From an uncultured Clostridia bacterium (GTDB taxonomy: Bacteria > Bacillota > Clostridia > TANB77 > CAG-508), in assembly GCA_947628115.1 (NCBI GenBank), contig CANQYS010000003.1, positions 168 to 64,167 on the forward strand: a stretch of 64,000 bases of DNA, written 5' to 3'. The position numbers and the translations under genes were made by a program. A model generated the notes under the pieces. It ran no database searches and was not told where the DNA came from. It worked only from the letters and a program-made list of their open reading frames with translations. This document shows, piece by piece, positions 1 to 10,730 of the stretch (position 1 is its first letter; each line of letters opens with the position of its first letter).

Positions 1-1075
1 AGTTCCAGTAATCCAATTGCATAAATCACCCGTTATACAAATATTAGGATTATTCTTGCCTCCCATAATATATCCTAAACCTGTTATTAATCCATCATCA
101 ATGCCATTAGTTAAATAACCCATATCATCTGAATTAACAATGCCTACGACAGTTCCATTAATTGGCCAATTAATATCCTCCAGTTCTAAACTACTTGAAT
201 CATAATACCAACCAGAATTATCGTATTCAGACATCTCATCATTTTCATCAGGAGTTTGTCCAAAAAGATAAGAACATTCAATTGAATCTGCTAGTGATCC
301 TCCCTCATCCATTCCATAAGGAGCATAGGCTAAATTTAATATAACATTATTGGTATCATTTATTCCAGTCATTAAGCCAATCATCCAAATTTCGTTATTT
401 TCTTCACCTTCTATAATAATTATTTGCATACCATTTTCTTCACTTGGTATCTCATTTGGTAAATTATTAAATGTTACATTTGTCCATTTATCTCCTAAAC
501 GTATTTCTGTAAGCGTATTACCCTTATCTTTATTTTCTTCTATTTGTCCTGTTTTCTTATTTACAGTATATGAATTTCCTGTACTATCACTCGTATAATC
601 GCCATTCTTTCCTTTTATTCCTTCTGGTAAATTTTTATCTAATTCGTCAAAATCAATACCATCACTATTAGGATTATATGCTACTGTAACTGCTGCCAAC
701 AATTGTTCTTTTTCAATTTCTTCTTTTGTCTTTTTTACTGCTGTATTTGCTTTATTAAATAATCCCCCATTTAATGCTACGCTTACTGTTACTCCTACTA
801 ATATTAGCATTACTATTATTGTTATTATTAATGCTATTAATGTAATTCCTTTTGGGTTAGAAGTTAGTGTTTGGATTTTGGAATTTGGATTTGAGTTTGC
901 CACTGGGGTATTTTTAGTATGTTCTCTGAAGAGCGGGCGGAAAGTCGCGTCCGCCCCTACAGTATTTACAATAGATTTGTTGTTGACATTTCTTATTTTC
1001 GGGTCGTCCATGTGTGCAATCCCTACAGCATTTGCATTGATTTTGTTACATTTTTTTGTTTTCTCTTTTAACATG
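1..1075 (-). CDS. Large secreted/surface protein, paralog 1. Partial: the C-terminus lies beyond the window start. Long N-terminal leader, then a prepilin-like TM segment (KGITLIALIITIIVMLIL). A GC-rich repeat element sits in frame in the leader.
   Basis: The reverse-strand reading frame is open from the ATG near 1075 to the window edge. The N-terminus is about 70% identical in DNA to the 1521..3140 paralog over about 200 bp. The G-[I/F]-TLIA motif resembles a type IV pilin class III signal but lacks Glu+5. Confidence 0.4.
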
Positions 1076-1276
1076 TGTTTTTTCTCTCCTTCTTTTGTTT
1101 ATTTTTATTTCTATAAAAGGATATTATCACATGTTATTTTATTTTTTAATATTTTTTATGTTTATTTGTAAATATATATTTTTGTTACTCATTCTTTGTT
1201 TATATTTTACATTTCTAATTTTTGTCTTTTTGCGAGCAGACACAAGGCCTGCCCCTACAGCATTTGCAGTTATTTT

Positions 1277-1440
1277 AGTTTTTCGGAATGTTACTTTGAA
1301 TGTTGTAAGAACCTTATCGATTTAATAAAAATTTAGATTTCTAAATTTTTATTAAATTGTTAAAAGCTAAAACAATTATTTTTTGACAAATGAGCATTCA
1401 TTTTCAAAAAATAATGTTTTAGCTTTAGTTTATTTTAATT
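1277..1440. repeat. Conserved ~165-bp upstream block of the pilin-like paralogs (copy 1). It contains two palindromes: aataaaaatttagatttctaaatttttatt, and gctaaaacaattatttttt...aaaaaataatgttttagc.
   Basis: Near-identical to 3388..3550. Both copies lie about 200-350 bp upstream of the paralog start codons on the minus strand. Confidence 0.6.
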
Positions 1441-1520
1441 ATTTTATCAATATTCAGATAATCTGGTATTTACTTAGACAAGGTAGACTAAATTTACATA
1501 TTAAGCTTTATAAGACCTCC

Positions 1521-3140
1521 CTAATTAATTTCATCTAGATTAAAAGGCACATCCTCAATGCCCTGTTCTACAAGTCTATTACGGATCTCATCGTTTAGGC
1601 TAACAACAGCGCGCACACCATACTGAAATGAATACGCTCCATATAGACCGCCACCCGCTGTCAAATAGTTGAAATGTGTAATACCAAATCCTAATTCGCT
1701 ATAGACTATTCGGAACGAAAATTGAATGGTCCAGGGCGGATACCACATAACGATGCGAGATGCCCAAATATAATCATCAGATACTTTAGTTATTCCTAAA
1801 GCTAATAGTCTTCCATAATCATCTTCATAATTTTGGTCTGTACTATATGATTTTTTGTCATATACTCCTTCTAACCATTCTCTTAGTTTACTTGAAGAAT
1901 ATAATTCTTTATTTTCACTATATGGAGACGTTGGATTACTTCCTACACATCTTATGCTTTCTATCACTTCATTACTATTATCTTTTCCTACTAATTCTTT
2001 GCATTTATCATTTAATGTTCCAATTGCATGATTATATGAATATATTGCTTTTTCTTTATCGCTTAATTCATTATTTTTATCTATATCAGTTTCATTTTTA
2101 ACTGCAGAATTATCCCATTGTATTGAGCTGTCATTTAAACCTATATCAATTTCTCCTAAAATGTCTTTGCTTATCATCTGTACTCCATTTATTTCATCAT
2201 CATATAACACAATCCACTTTTTACCATCATAAGTTACTTCTTTTCCCACTAATCCTCTATTTTGACTTTTATCATCTGGATCATATACTTTAATTTCTTC
2301 ATCTGGTCTTGTAGTTCCAGTCAAATTGTCCGCTGAATACTCTCCTACTCCAGATATTCTAACCTTATATACCGGGTTGTTCATATCATTATCATCATTA
2401 TCATCATCATATCTAAAGTATACATCAAAATCATAAATTAATTCATCTTCACTCTTTCTGTAACCTAAATCAACTATGTCTAAACCTTGTAATTTATCGG
2501 AAAATTTTTCTTCATTTGTTTCTGTATCATCTGAAAATAAAATTGTTGTTCCACTTCCTTCAATAGTAATAATTTTCGATAAATCCTTTCCTTTTCTTTG
2601 TCCATTTTCATCTGCTTTTCCAAATAAATAATCCTTTAATATTCCTATTTCTTCTGTTTCTGGTGGTTCTTCTCCCCCACTTATATCTGTTATATTTCCA
2701 TTTTTCTCTACTTCAAATGAATTATTATTCGGACTTGTACATGTTGCTTTATTTCCTGAAACTGTTACTTTCCATCCTAATTGTTTTAAATTATTTTCTA
2801 ATTGCGTAAAATCTATCTGTCCATTATCATCCATTGCATTTACTATTTCTGCTAATAATTGTTCTCTATCAACTTCTTTTCTTGTCTTAAATGTTGCTTC
2901 TTCTGCTGTGCTAAATAATCCTCCATTTAATGCCACGTTCACTGTTACTCCAACTAATATTAGCATTACTATTATGGTGATTATTAATGCTATTAATGTA
3001 ATTCCTTTGAGGTCAGAAGTTAGTGTTTGGATTTTGGAATTTGGATTTGAGTAAGTCTTTGAAGAACTAGTTGTCCAAGGCACATCCCCTACATCTTTTG
3101 AATTTGTTTTGTTGCATTTTCTTGTTTTTAATTTTAACAT
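1521..3140 (-). CDS. Large secreted/surface protein, paralog 2 (539 aa). It has a prepilin-like N-terminal TM segment, an acidic Asp/Asn-rich middle, and a C-terminal region with weak FGE/SUMF1-like motifs (GGG...GVRAV).
   Basis: ORF track 539 aa. The N-terminal KGITLIALIITIIVMLILVGVTV matches paralog 1. No confident family assignment. Confidence 0.45.
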   Translation of the reverse strand: MLKLKTRKCNKTNSKDVGDVPWTTSSSKTYSNPNSKIQTLTSDLKGITLIALIITIIVMLILVGVTVNVALNGGLFSTAEEATFKTRKEVDREQLLAEIVNAMDDNGQIDFTQLENNLKQLGWKVTVSGNKATCTSPNNNSFEVEKNGNITDISGGEEPPETEEIGILKDYLFGKADENGQRKGKDLSKIITIEGSGTTILFSDDTETNEEKFSDKLQGLDIVDLGYRKSEDELIYDFDVYFRYDDDNDDNDMNNPVYKVRISGVGEYSADNLTGTTRPDEEIKVYDPDDKSQNRGLVGKEVTYDGKKWIVLYDDEINGVQMISKDILGEIDIGLNDSSIQWDNSAVKNETDIDKNNELSDKEKAIYSYNHAIGTLNDKCKELVGKDNSNEVIESIRCVGSNPTSPYSENKELYSSSKLREWLEGVYDKKSYSTDQNYEDDYGRLLALGITKVSDDYIWASRIVMWYPPWTIQFSFRIVYSELGFGITHFNYLTAGGGLYGAYSFQYGVRAVVSLNDEIRNRLVEQGIEDVPFNLDEIN

Positions 3141-3387
3141 GTGTTATCCTCTCCTTCTTTTGTATTGTTTGCATTTATTTTCTTATTTATGTGTATTATA
3201 GGTTATATGTTTTTATTTGTCAATTAGTTCTGCACTTTTTTAAAATAAATTTCTTAAATTTAATTTTCTTAAAAAATATTACCACATATTATTTTATTTT
3301 TTAATATTTTTTATGTTTATTTATAAATATATATTTTAGTTTTTCATGTTATTTGTTTAAGCAATGTATGATTCTATTGTAATTTAG

Positions 3388-3550
3388 TTTTTCGGAATGT
3401 TACTTTGAATATTGTAGGAACCTTGTCGATTTAATAAAAATTTAGATTTCTAAATTTTTATTAAACTGTTAAAAGCTAAAACAATTATTTTTTGACAAAT
3501 GAGCATTCATTTTCAAAAAATAATGTTTTAGCTTTAGTTTATTTTAACAC
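3388..3550. repeat. Conserved upstream block of the pilin-like paralogs (copy 2), with the same two palindromes.
   Basis: Direct repeat of 1277..1440. Confidence 0.6.
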
Positions 3551-3759
3551 TAATTAATTTTATACAATTCCATCTTAATTTTTATATTTAAAGTCTATTC
3601 TATATTAGATTGGATTGAACCACATTATTGTAATTTTTCTATTATAATTCATATTCATTTGTGAATTTACCAAATTACAGTCTTGTAGCATTTTACTTAA
3701 AAATATATATTTTTGGTACTTGTTAAACTTAATAGCTATGATATAATATTATTTAACGA

Positions 3760-4272
3760 TTGGAGATGATTATTTTGAATTTAAATATAGTTTTAGTTGA
3801 ACCAGAAATACCACAAAACACCGGGAACATTGCAAGAACATGTGCAGCACTTGGAGCAAAACTTCACCTTGTAAAACCCTTAGGTTTTGATATATCTGAT
3901 AAATACTTAAAAAGAGCTGGACTTGATTACTGGGATAAATTAGAAATAGAAGAGCATAATAATTTAACTGATTTTTTAAGTAAATATCCACCAGAAAACA
4001 ATAATATGTTTTTTGTAACTACAAAAGGAAAACATTGCTACTCCGACATTAATTATTCTAATTTTAACACAATTTTTCTTCTATTTGGAAAGGAAACAAA
4101 AGGCTTGCCTGAAAATTTATTAATTAAATATATTGACAATGCAATTAGAATTCCTATGAGAAAAACATTACGTTCTCTTAATTTATCAAATTCAGTTGCA
4201 ATTGTTGCTTACGAAGTTCTAAGACAAAATAATTTTTATAATTTAGAAGAAACAAGTAATTATTTTGACTAG
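3760..4272 (+). CDS. trmL: tRNA (cytidine/uridine-2'-O-)-methyltransferase TrmL (SpoU/TrmH family).
   Basis: Motifs LNIVLVEPEIPQNTGNIARTCAA...LDYWDK...LLFGKETKGLP...IRIPM...SLNLSNSVAIVAYE are typical of TrmL/YibK. Confidence 0.8.
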   Translation: MEMIILNLNIVLVEPEIPQNTGNIARTCAALGAKLHLVKPLGFDISDKYLKRAGLDYWDKLEIEEHNNLTDFLSKYPPENNNMFFVTTKGKHCYSDINYSNFNTIFLLFGKETKGLPENLLIKYIDNAIRIPMRKTLRSLNLSNSVAIVAYEVLRQNNFYNLEETSNYFD

Positions 4273-4299
4273 TTAATATTTTATTTTTTCACATACATT

Positions 4300-4548
4300 A
4301 TATAATATTTATCCTAATTCTGATGCTTCAAGAATACCTGCACAGCTATTATCTGGTATTGGATTTATTGGTGCTGGAACTATTTTAAGAGATGGTTTTA
4401 ATATTAAAAAAATTAAAAATAATCAAAAAGATGAGAAGAAATCAAAAGAAGTTCAATTAATATTTAGGTATCATAGAGATATAAATATTAATTCTGTTCT
4501 AACTGAAATATCTGCTTTGGAAAATGTAATTGATTTAGAAGAATCTTA
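4300..4548 (+). pseudogene. C-terminal remnant of an MgtC/SapB-family gene (no start codon, about 80 codons).
   Basis: Translation ...ASRIPAQLLSGIGFIGAGTILRDG... matches the conserved MgtC core motif. It ends at the stop at 4546-4548. The rest of the gene is absent. Confidence 0.45.
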
Positions 4549-4643
4549 AATTAATTACTGTACCTCAATCTGTAAAGTTTTGCAGATTGAGGTTTTATTA
4601 AATATACTTTTATCCTGTTTTACTTAGTATATCTCTTTTCATT

Positions 4644-5342
4644 TTATTCATAATTTTCTTTTCTAATCTTGATATGTAACTTTGAGAAATTCCGAAGCAT
4701 ATCTGCAACTTCTTTTTGCGTTTTCTCTGTTCCACTAATAAACCCAAATCTAAGTTCCATTATATTTTTTTCTCTATTGCTTAATTTTTCTATAGATGCT
4801 TTTAAAAGTACTTTATCTACTTCATCCTCTAAACCTCTAGAAGTAATATCGGGCTCTGTTCCCAATATATCTGATAATAGTAACTCATTTCCGTCTCCAT
4901 CTTGATTTAATGGTTCGTCTATAGAAATTTCTCCTTTTATTCGATTACTTCTTCTTAAATACATTAATATTTCATTTTCTATACATCTGGATGCATATGT
5001 TGCAAGTTTTATATTTTTATTTGTATTAAAAGTATTAATTGCTTTCATTAATCCTATAGTACCTATTGAAATTAAATCTTCTATTCCAACTCCTGTATTT
5101 TCAAATTTTTTTGCAATATATACAACTAATCTTAAATTTCTCTCAACCAATACTTGTCTTGCCTCTATATCATTATTAGATAATCTATTTAAATACTCTT
5201 CTTCTTCCTTCGCATCCAATGGTGGTGGAAGAGTTTGACTTCCTCCTATATAATATATTGGAAATTCTTCAATTTCTTCATTATTTAAATATTTAACATA
5301 TATTGTACTAAGTTTAGATTTTAATATTTCTAATATATTCAT
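4644..5342 (-). CDS. sigE: RNA polymerase sporulation sigma factor SigE (pro-sigma-E).
   Basis: 232 aa with [13 protein letters not shown] pro-sequence region, [32 protein letters not shown] region 2, and an ELRFG region 4. It lies immediately downstream of spoIIGA. Confidence 0.85.
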   Translation of the reverse strand: MNILEILKSKLSTIYVKYLNNEEIEEFPIYYIGGSQTLPPPLDAKEEEEYLNRLSNNDIEARQVLVERNLRLVVYIAKKFENTGVGIEDLISIGTIGLMKAINTFNTNKNIKLATYASRCIENEILMYLRRSNRIKGEISIDEPLNQDGDGNELLLSDILGTEPDITSRGLEDEVDKVLLKASIEKLSNREKNIMELRFGFISGTEKTQKEVADMLRNFSKLHIKIRKENYE

Positions 5343-6239
5343 CTTCTACACTCCTCTCATTATTATCTAATACTTCTAGACCTATTAATGATTGATATTT
5401 TCCTGATTTATTTAAAACTCCATTATAAATTCCTATTATTACATTATCTAAAACAATGTTCCTTTCTCCAGTTTCTACTACTACTTCATTAGCCTTTATT
5501 CCTAGTAGCATTCCATTTTCCTTTCCTAAAGATGTAAATGGAATTAATCTTATTCTGGAAATATATTCGCCTAATTCTATATCTTCTCCATTTACAATCT
5601 TATCTAGGTTATCTAAAATATGTTTTGGGATTATATCTTTTAAAACTTGTTTTTCAACAACTATTACTGGTGTTTTTGTTATTGGCTCTTTTAAAAAATT
5701 TCCTGTATCAATAATTGCTTTTATAAATGCACATTTATTATTCATATTTATTTTTACGGAACAAAACATATCCTTTTTTGTGAATTTTCCTTTTATATTT
5801 TTAAATGCTGTAGTTATTATTATAAATCCGAACAATTCCTCCTGCTAAAACTATTTTTATTGGATATGTACCTATTAATACTCCGTTTTTCCATTAATAT
5901 TTTTTGTGGATTTATAAAATATAAAAGTGCAAAAGAAACCCCTCCAAATGTAAATGATGTTAAATAAAAAATTATTAATTCTTTAAAAAAACTTTTTATA
6001 TTTTTTGGATTATATGCAATATATACCATACAAACTGATAAAATAATTTTTAAAAATATATTTGAATATATCTGTAAAAATGACATATATGCTATAATTG
6101 CATATATACTTCCCACAGTAGCAGATATTAAAGTTCTTATTATTTTTATTGGAGCTTTTAATATAATACTAGTTGCATATAAAATAATAAAATTCATAAA
6201 TAAATTTTCGAGGAAAATAATATCTATATATATTGTCAA
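5314..6239 (-). pseudogene. spoIIGA: Sporulation sigma-E processing protease SpoIIGA, split into two overlapping ORFs by a frameshift near 5820-5840. The N-terminal membrane domain is 5820..6239. The aspartic-protease domain with IIDTGN is 5314..5835.
   Basis: Track ORFs 139 aa and 173 aa are in different frames and together make about 310 aa. Conserved ftsA-ftsZ-spoIIGA-sigE order. Reading upstream in the ORF2 frame hits TAG four codons before its first codon, so the shift is -1 and lies within about 25 nt. Confidence 0.7.
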
Positions 6240-6317
6240 TAGGTCACCTCTTACTTAGTTAGTACTATTATATTTTACTCCAGCTTGTATAAATAATGTG
6301 TCGTATCTTGAGCGCGA

Positions 6318-6365
6318 AAAAAAGAAATAATCTACATTTTCAGATTATTTCTTTTTCATTTATCT
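6318..6365 (-). terminator. Rho-independent terminator downstream of ftsZ.
   Basis: Hairpin gaaataatct/agattatttc followed by a T-run on the minus strand. Confidence 0.5.
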
Positions 6366-6486
6366 TTTAATTTTTATTGTATAGGAAAAAACGACTTTTA
6401 TTTTGGCAATATTTAAACTACCTTTATTTGCGTTTTAAAATAGTAAATAAAATTATCTTGAAAGCAATCTTAGCAAAATGCCTTTA

Positions 6487-7602
6487 TTATTTATTTCCTT
6501 TCTTTCTTAAGAAAGATGGAATATCTAAGTCTCCTTGCGTATCTTTATTTTCTGTTGGTGTTGGAATAGAATTTATTTTTTTATTCCAAGTATTTGTTAC
6601 TAAATTTTCTACACCTATACTAGATATTGCTGGTTCTTTTTCAAATCCTGTAGCAATAACTGTAATTGTTATTTCATCACCTAATGTCTCATCTGTTACT
6701 ACACCAAATATAATATTGGCTTCTGGATCCACGCTTCTTTGAATAAGTTCTGCTGCAGTGTTAGCTTCTTGTAATCCCAATTCGCTTCCACCTGTTATGT
6801 TTATAATAACACCTCTTGCTCCTTCTATAGATGTTTCTAGTAATGGACTTTGAATTGCTTGTTTTGCAGCATCTTCTGCTCTGTTTTCTCCACTTGCTCT
6901 ACCAATTCCCATATGTGCCATTCCTGTATTTAACATTACCGTTTTAACATCTGCAAAATCTAAGTTTATTAATCCTGGTACCGAAATTAAATCTGATATA
7001 CCCTGAACACCTTGTCTTAAAACATCATCCGCCATTTTAAATGCCTCTACTATTGATGTTCTTCTATCTATAATTTGTAATAATTTATCATTTGGTATAA
7101 CAACTAATGTATCTACTTTTTCTTTTAAATTAGCAATTCCTTTTTCTGCTTGATTTAATCTTTTCTTTCCTTCAAAAGTAAATGGTTTTGTAACAACTCC
7201 TATTGTTAATATTCCAAGTTCTTTTGCTGCTGCTGCAACTATTGGAGCTGCTCCAGTTCCAGTTCCTCCTCCCATTCCTGCTGTAACAAATACCATATCT
7301 GCTCCTCTTAGTACTTCTGCTATTTCAGCCTTACTTTCTTCTGCAGCTTGCATACCAATATCTGGATTAGCACCTGCTCCTAATCCTCTTGTTAATTTTT
7401 CTCCTATTTGAATTCTTGAATTCGCTTTTGATAATTGAAGAGCTTGTCTATCTGTATTAACTGCTATAAATTCAACATTTTTTATTCCAGATTCAATCAT
7501 CCTGTTTATAGCATTATTTCCAGCACCTCCAACACCAATTACCTTTATTGTTGCTGTACCATCCATCATATAACTGTTTTCTTCATAATCTGTATCCATC
7601 AT
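6487..7602 (-). CDS. ftsZ: Cell division GTPase FtsZ.
   Basis: GGGTGTG tubulin signature, [22 protein letters not shown]. Confidence 0.95.
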   Translation of the reverse strand: MMDTDYEENSYMMDGTATIKVIGVGGAGNNAINRMIESGIKNVEFIAVNTDRQALQLSKANSRIQIGEKLTRGLGAGANPDIGMQAAEESKAEIAEVLRGADMVFVTAGMGGGTGTGAAPIVAAAAKELGILTIGVVTKPFTFEGKKRLNQAEKGIANLKEKVDTLVVIPNDKLLQIIDRRTSIVEAFKMADDVLRQGVQGISDLISVPGLINLDFADVKTVMLNTGMAHMGIGRASGENRAEDAAKQAIQSPLLETSIEGARGVIINITGGSELGLQEANTAAELIQRSVDPEANIIFGVVTDETLGDEITITVIATGFEKEPAISSIGVENLVTNTWNKKINSIPTPTENKDTQGDLDIPSFLRKKGNK

Positions 7603-7786
7603 TTTGTTTAATCCTCCTTTATATTTTGTTTTTAGAATTTTGAAGTTAGTATTCTGTATGTTATACCACTTATTATTCCATATATATTTTTTAAAATTTA
7701 TAACTTATTATCATTGTATTTAGTATTTGATATTTTGAATTTAAAAGTTATATATAATAAACTCATATCATTAAATACAAAATACT

Positions 7787-9031
7787 CTATGAGTAGAAAA
7801 ACTCTTTTATTCTTTCCATAACTGTTTTTAAAAAGTTTCCCTCTGTTTTAGCATCTATACTACTAGAAACAGTTTTAGCATATGGTCGAGATGCAATATA
7901 TTTTACTAATGCATAGCTTGATCTAAAATTTGGTTTAATTGTGCTTATTAATCTTCCTGTTGATATTTTTACTGGAATATTTAACGTTATTTTTCCAGCT
8001 ACATCACTTTTATTTATATTTGTAATTCCTTGACCTGTTAAAATAACATTATTTATATTAGATTTTATTCCTTCGTTTGAAATATTTTTATTTACTAATG
8101 AGAATATTTCTTCAACTCTTGCCTCTATTACTTCAATTAATTGAGAACTTTTTATAGTTTTAGTTCTTTCCTCACCTTTATATGTATTTAATATTATATC
8201 AGTATCATTATCAATAAAAGATTTTAATGCTAAACCATATTGTTTTTTTAATCTATCCGCTTCTTCTTCACTTATATTAAAAACATAAGCTATATCAGAG
8301 GTTATATTATCTCCTCCTAAAGGTATTGTATTATTATAAACAAAAGTTTCTCCTTCAAATACGCCTATATCAGTATTACTTGCTCCAATATCTAATATCA
8401 TTATATTATCTTTTAATTCATTTTTATCTAATATTAATTGTCTCTCTGCAAGAACATTTGAAACAATTCCATCTATTTCTATATTTGCCTTTTTAAAAAC
8501 ATTTGTTAGTTGCTTTACATATGCCTTGTCTGCTAAAATAACTTGTCCTTTTACTGTGAAAGTTGAACTTAAACTTCCCACAGGATCATCTATTATTCTA
8601 CCATTATCTAGTGAAAATTCACTTGCTACTATATCTATTAGCACTTTATCTTCCGGAATATCTATGTCTTTTACTTGCATTATCGCTGATATTACATCTT
8701 TTGTTGAAATACCTGCATATTTATCTTTTGCTTCTTTTAAAATACTATTTTGAACAATTGTTATATACTTTCCTGGTATTGTAACATATGCCGAATGTAT
8801 TTTCAGATTTGCTACATCTTCTACTTCTGAAATAGCTTTAGAGATAGCTGCAATTACTTCTTCTTCATCTGTAATTTTTGACTTCTTCATTCCAAAGCAT
8901 TTACACTCACTTGTTGCAATAAATTCAACCTGATTAAAGTTATTTACTTCTCCTACTACAACATTTACTTTGGAAGTACCTATGTCAATACCTACAATTA
9001 TATCACCTATAGCCAAGACAAATTCCTCCAT
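7787..9031 (-). CDS. ftsA: Cell division protein FtsA.
   Basis: 414 aa actin-like ATPase (IVGIDIGTSKV, ILDIGASNTDIGVF) directly upstream of ftsZ. Confidence 0.9.
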   Translation of the reverse strand: MEEFVLAIGDIIVGIDIGTSKVNVVVGEVNNFNQVEFIATSECKCFGMKKSKITDEEEVIAAISKAISEVEDVANLKIHSAYVTIPGKYITIVQNSILKEAKDKYAGISTKDVISAIMQVKDIDIPEDKVLIDIVASEFSLDNGRIIDDPVGSLSSTFTVKGQVILADKAYVKQLTNVFKKANIEIDGIVSNVLAERQLILDKNELKDNIMILDIGASNTDIGVFEGETFVYNNTIPLGGDNITSDIAYVFNISEEEADRLKKQYGLALKSFIDNDTDIILNTYKGEERTKTIKSSQLIEVIEARVEEIFSLVNKNISNEGIKSNINNVILTGQGITNINKSDVAGKITLNIPVKISTGRLISTIKPNFRSSYALVKYIASRPYAKTVSSSIDAKTEGNFLKTVMERIKEFFYS

Positions 9032-9291
9032 TTAATTACTATATTTTTCATTGGTATTAGAATATTATATTTTGAAAAAAAAGTCAATAGTAATGTTACA
9101 TTTTTGTCACGTTTTTGTAATCATCTTGTAATAAAATAGTAGCCCCTATATTTATATATCCTAGGGCTACTTGATTTTCATCTTCAGGCTTGATAAATAC
9201 TCCTTACTTTGGACGATGGACAATCCTCAGTCACAGGTATTCTCCTCATAGTTCGAGGGATGTTTTACAAGGTTTGAGGGTCCCCCTCGTT

Positions 9292-10347
9292 TTACTCGCC
9301 TTTTAATTTTTCTGCTCTGTCAGCAGCTATTAGATTATCTATCATTTCGTCTAAATCACCATTTAAAAAATTCTCCATTTGATATATACTCATCCCAATT
9401 CTATGATCTGTAATTCTTCCTTGAGGATAATTATATGTTCTTATTTTTTCACTTCTATCTCCACTACCTACTTGTGATTTTCTTTCGTTTGCAAGCTGAG
9501 CATCTTGCTTTGCTTTTTCTTGTTCGTATATTCTAGATTTTAATAACCTCATTGCATACTCTCTATTTTGAAGTTGAGATCTTTCAGTTTGACATTCTGC
9601 AACAATTCCTGTAGGTTCATGTATTAATCTTACAGCAGATGATGTTTTGTTTACATGTTGTCCTCCTGCACCTGATGCTCTATATACTTCCATTTTTACA
9701 TCTGCCGGATTTATTTCTATTTCTACATCTTCTACAACTGGTAGAACTGCGACAGTTGCTGTAGATGTATGTATTCTTCCACTACTTTCTGTATCAGGAA
9801 CTCTTTGTACTCTATGTACTCCACTTTCAAACTTTAATCTGCTATATGCACCTTTACCTGTAACCATAAAAGTTATTTCTTTATATCCACCAAGTCCTGT
9901 TTCATTTTCATTTAAAACATCTATTTTCCAATGCTTTGTCTCTGCATACATAGAATACATTCTAAATAACGTTCCAGCAAATAAAGCAGCTTCTTCTCCT
10001 CCAGCGCCTCCTCTTATTTCACAAATAATATTTTTATCATCATCTGGATCTTTAGGAATTAATAAAATTTTTAATTCTTCTTCTATTTTAGGCAATTTTT
10101 GTTTTGCCTCTTGATATTCAATTTCTGCAAGTTCTTTTAATTCTTTATCCTCTAGCATTAATTTTGCTTCTTCTAAATCAGCTTTTACTTTTTTATATTC
10201 TTTATATTTCTCTGCAACATCAGAAATTAATGCATGTTCTTTCATTAATTTTTGCCATTCACTTTGTTTGGCAATTATTTCTGGATCACTAATTTTTTTA
10301 TTTAATTCATCATACTTTTTTTCTACATCCTCTAATTTTTGAAACAT
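9292..10347 (-). CDS. prfA: Peptide chain release factor 1.
   Basis: RF1-type N-terminus, [13 protein letters not shown], and the GGQ motif region ([11 protein letters not shown]). Confidence 0.9.
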   Translation of the reverse strand: MFQKLEDVEKKYDELNKKISDPEIIAKQSEWQKLMKEHALISDVAEKYKEYKKVKADLEEAKLMLEDKELKELAEIEYQEAKQKLPKIEEELKILLIPKDPDDDKNIICEIRGGAGGEEAALFAGTLFRMYSMYAETKHWKIDVLNENETGLGGYKEITFMVTGKGAYSRLKFESGVHRVQRVPDTESSGRIHTSTATVAVLPVVEDVEIEINPADVKMEVYRASGAGGQHVNKTSSAVRLIHEPTGIVAECQTERSQLQNREYAMRLLKSRIYEQEKAKQDAQLANERKSQVGSGDRSEKIRTYNYPQGRITDHRIGMSIYQMENFLNGDLDEMIDNLIAADRAEKLKGE

Positions 10348-10432
10348 TATATATCTCCTCTTTATTTAATTTAACATGTATAATTATACATTATATTTTT
10401 ATAATTTTCAATCCTACACATATAAATTAATA

Positions 10433-10730
10433 AATTGGAGTTTGTGAGTGTAAACACTCACAGTGAATAGTGAAGATTGAATAGTGAATAATATAGGAAG
10501 AAAAATTGCATAAATGCAATTTTTCATACATTAATTATTAATTATTCACCATTAATTCTTCACTCTTCACTAAACAAACGCTGTAGAGGCGGACGACTCT
10601 GTCCGCCTGCAAATGGACCGCCCCCCAATGGTTAATTTAAGGTGAATTCTTTCGCAGTCCCAAAAATCCCCAAAATTAATGATTTTTAGGAACAGTCCCT
10701 AGAATTCCCCTTACACAAACTACAATTTAT
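10433..10730. mobile_element. MITE-like GC-rich palindromic repeat element (copy C). It has a degenerate left terminal inverted repeat (TIR), aattggagtttgtgag, and a right TIR, acaaactacaattt. Inside is a gcggac...gtccgcc hairpin unit plus the ctacagcgtttg motif.
   Basis: Shares TIRs and internal GC-rich hairpin units with the elements at 35341..35765 and 56908..57128. Confidence 0.5.

Noticed and set aside
350-1325. Small plus-strand ORFs (82, 97, and 89 aa) at the window start.
   Set aside because: They lie antisense to, or within the upstream repeat region of, the minus-strand pilin-like paralog. The MITE units account for the open frames.
5456-5848. Plus-strand 130-aa ORF.
   Set aside because: Antisense to the spoIIGA protease domain.
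8526-8784. Plus-strand ORFs inside ftsA.
   Set aside because: Antisense to conserved ftsA. No independent support.
9647-10292. Plus-strand ORFs (155 aa and 62 aa) inside prfA.
   Set aside because: They lie antisense to a strongly conserved RF1 gene. Their low-complexity composition is typical of spurious frames.
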